A DNA stretch of 64,000 nt from an uncultured Bacilli bacterium (lineage in GTDB: Bacteria > Bacillota_I > Bacilli_A > RF39 > UBA660). The stretch covers positions 3,027-67,026 of the forward strand of contig CANRIB010000004.1 in NCBI GenBank assembly GCA_947630575.1, written 5' to 3'. The position numbers and the translations under genes were made by a program. Positions 63,585 to 64,000 of this stretch are shown in pieces (position 1 is the stretch's first letter; each line of letters starts with the position of its first letter). The notes below the pieces were generated by a model, which was not told where the DNA came from, did not search any database, and worked only from the letters and a program-made list of their open reading frames with translations.

Positions 63585-64000
63585 ATGGATTTGAATTTGT
63601 ATAAAACATTTTATATTGTAGCTAAGTGTAGTAGTTTTACAAAGGCAGCAGAACAATTATACATATCGCAACCTGCTGTAACACAAGCTGTAAAAAAATT
63701 AGAAGATCAGTTAAATGCAGAATTATTTAAACGTACATCTAATGGTATATCATTAACAACGGCAGGTAAGATGGTTTACTATTATGCTGAAGAATTGTAT
63801 AATCTTATTGAAGCTAGTTTCAATCTCATAAACAAAGTAAAAGAAACTCAATTTAGTACAATCAAAATAGGAGTTCCAACACATATTGGTACATTTTATT
63901 TTGTAAAATATTTAAAAGAATTTAATCAAAAACATCCCAATGTTAGAGTCTGCATAATAAATAAAAAATCAGACGAAATGTTAAAAATGTTACAAAAAAG
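63585..64000 (+). CDS. LysR-family transcriptional regulator (5' partial, runs off the window)
   Basis: MDLNLYKTFYIVAKCSSFTKAAEQLYISQPAVTQAVKKLEDQL is a classic LysR HTH. A TTGACT-17-TAATAT promoter lies at 63448-63476. Confidence 0.85.
   Translation, partial: MDLNLYKTFYIVAKCSSFTKAAEQLYISQPAVTQAVKKLEDQLNAELFKRTSNGISLTTAGKMVYYYAEELYNLIEASFNLINKVKETQFSTIKIGVPTHIGTFYFVKYLKEFNQKHPNVRVCIINKKSDEMLKMLQK

Noticed and set aside
1-64000. Search for CRISPR arrays, rRNA genes, prophage blocks and a DGR reverse transcriptase or template repeat
   Set aside because: I saw no regularly spaced direct repeats, no rRNA-like sequence, no phage structural genes, no ORF with RT motifs (YxDD), and no third copy of the VR scaffold with A-rich variable positions. 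The DGR interpretation is therefore incomplete within this window.

Overview
AT-rich (hand estimate about 28-30% G+C) chromosomal segment of a spore-forming, probably anaerobic Firmicute (Clostridia or Erysipelotrichia-like). TGA is used as a stop, so the genetic code is standard. Most genes are on the + strand. Housekeeping content: nrdD-nrdG, spoVAC-spoVAD-spoVAE, scpA-scpB, tRNA-Leu(CAA), obg, feoAB with a DtxR-like repressor, and a Leu T-box leader ahead of leuS. Envelope content: PAP2 phosphatase, an LCP protein, a YfhO/GtrB-like/GDPD glycosylation cluster, LemA-DUF2207, and an XRE-TM/DUF4097 pair. Also present are a GH31 glycosidase, a TetR/MMPL pair, an SDR, an MBL-fold protein, TfoX_N, DUF3781 and a partial LysR gene. 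Accessory highlights follow. (1) Three paralogous membrane-anchored proteins (12945-14324 +, 29651-31849 +, 47425-48831 -) each sit next to a divergently transcribed small DNA-binding regulator. Each carries, at the same C-terminal position, a roughly 120-nt G+C-rich block. Two of these blocks are identical at scaffold positions and differ almost only at codon positions 1-2 of NNC/NNT codons. This looks like the variable region of a diversity-generating retroelement, but no reverse transcriptase or template repeat is in the window. (2) leuS encodes a long LeuRS with a complete Nudix domain inserted in the editing-domain region. (3) A Tad/Flp pilus system is split over two loci. The second locus holds four atypical Cys-rich pilin-like proteins and a TadZ-like pseudo-ATPase, and no prepilin peptidase is visible. 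(4) A tandem array encodes 18-19 aa hydrophobic peptides with convergent antisense promoters, resembling type I toxin-antitoxin modules. (5) There is an intact IS1595-family element with target-site duplication, a decayed IS481-like fragment, and two small gene remnants. No CRISPR array, rRNA gene or prophage was seen.
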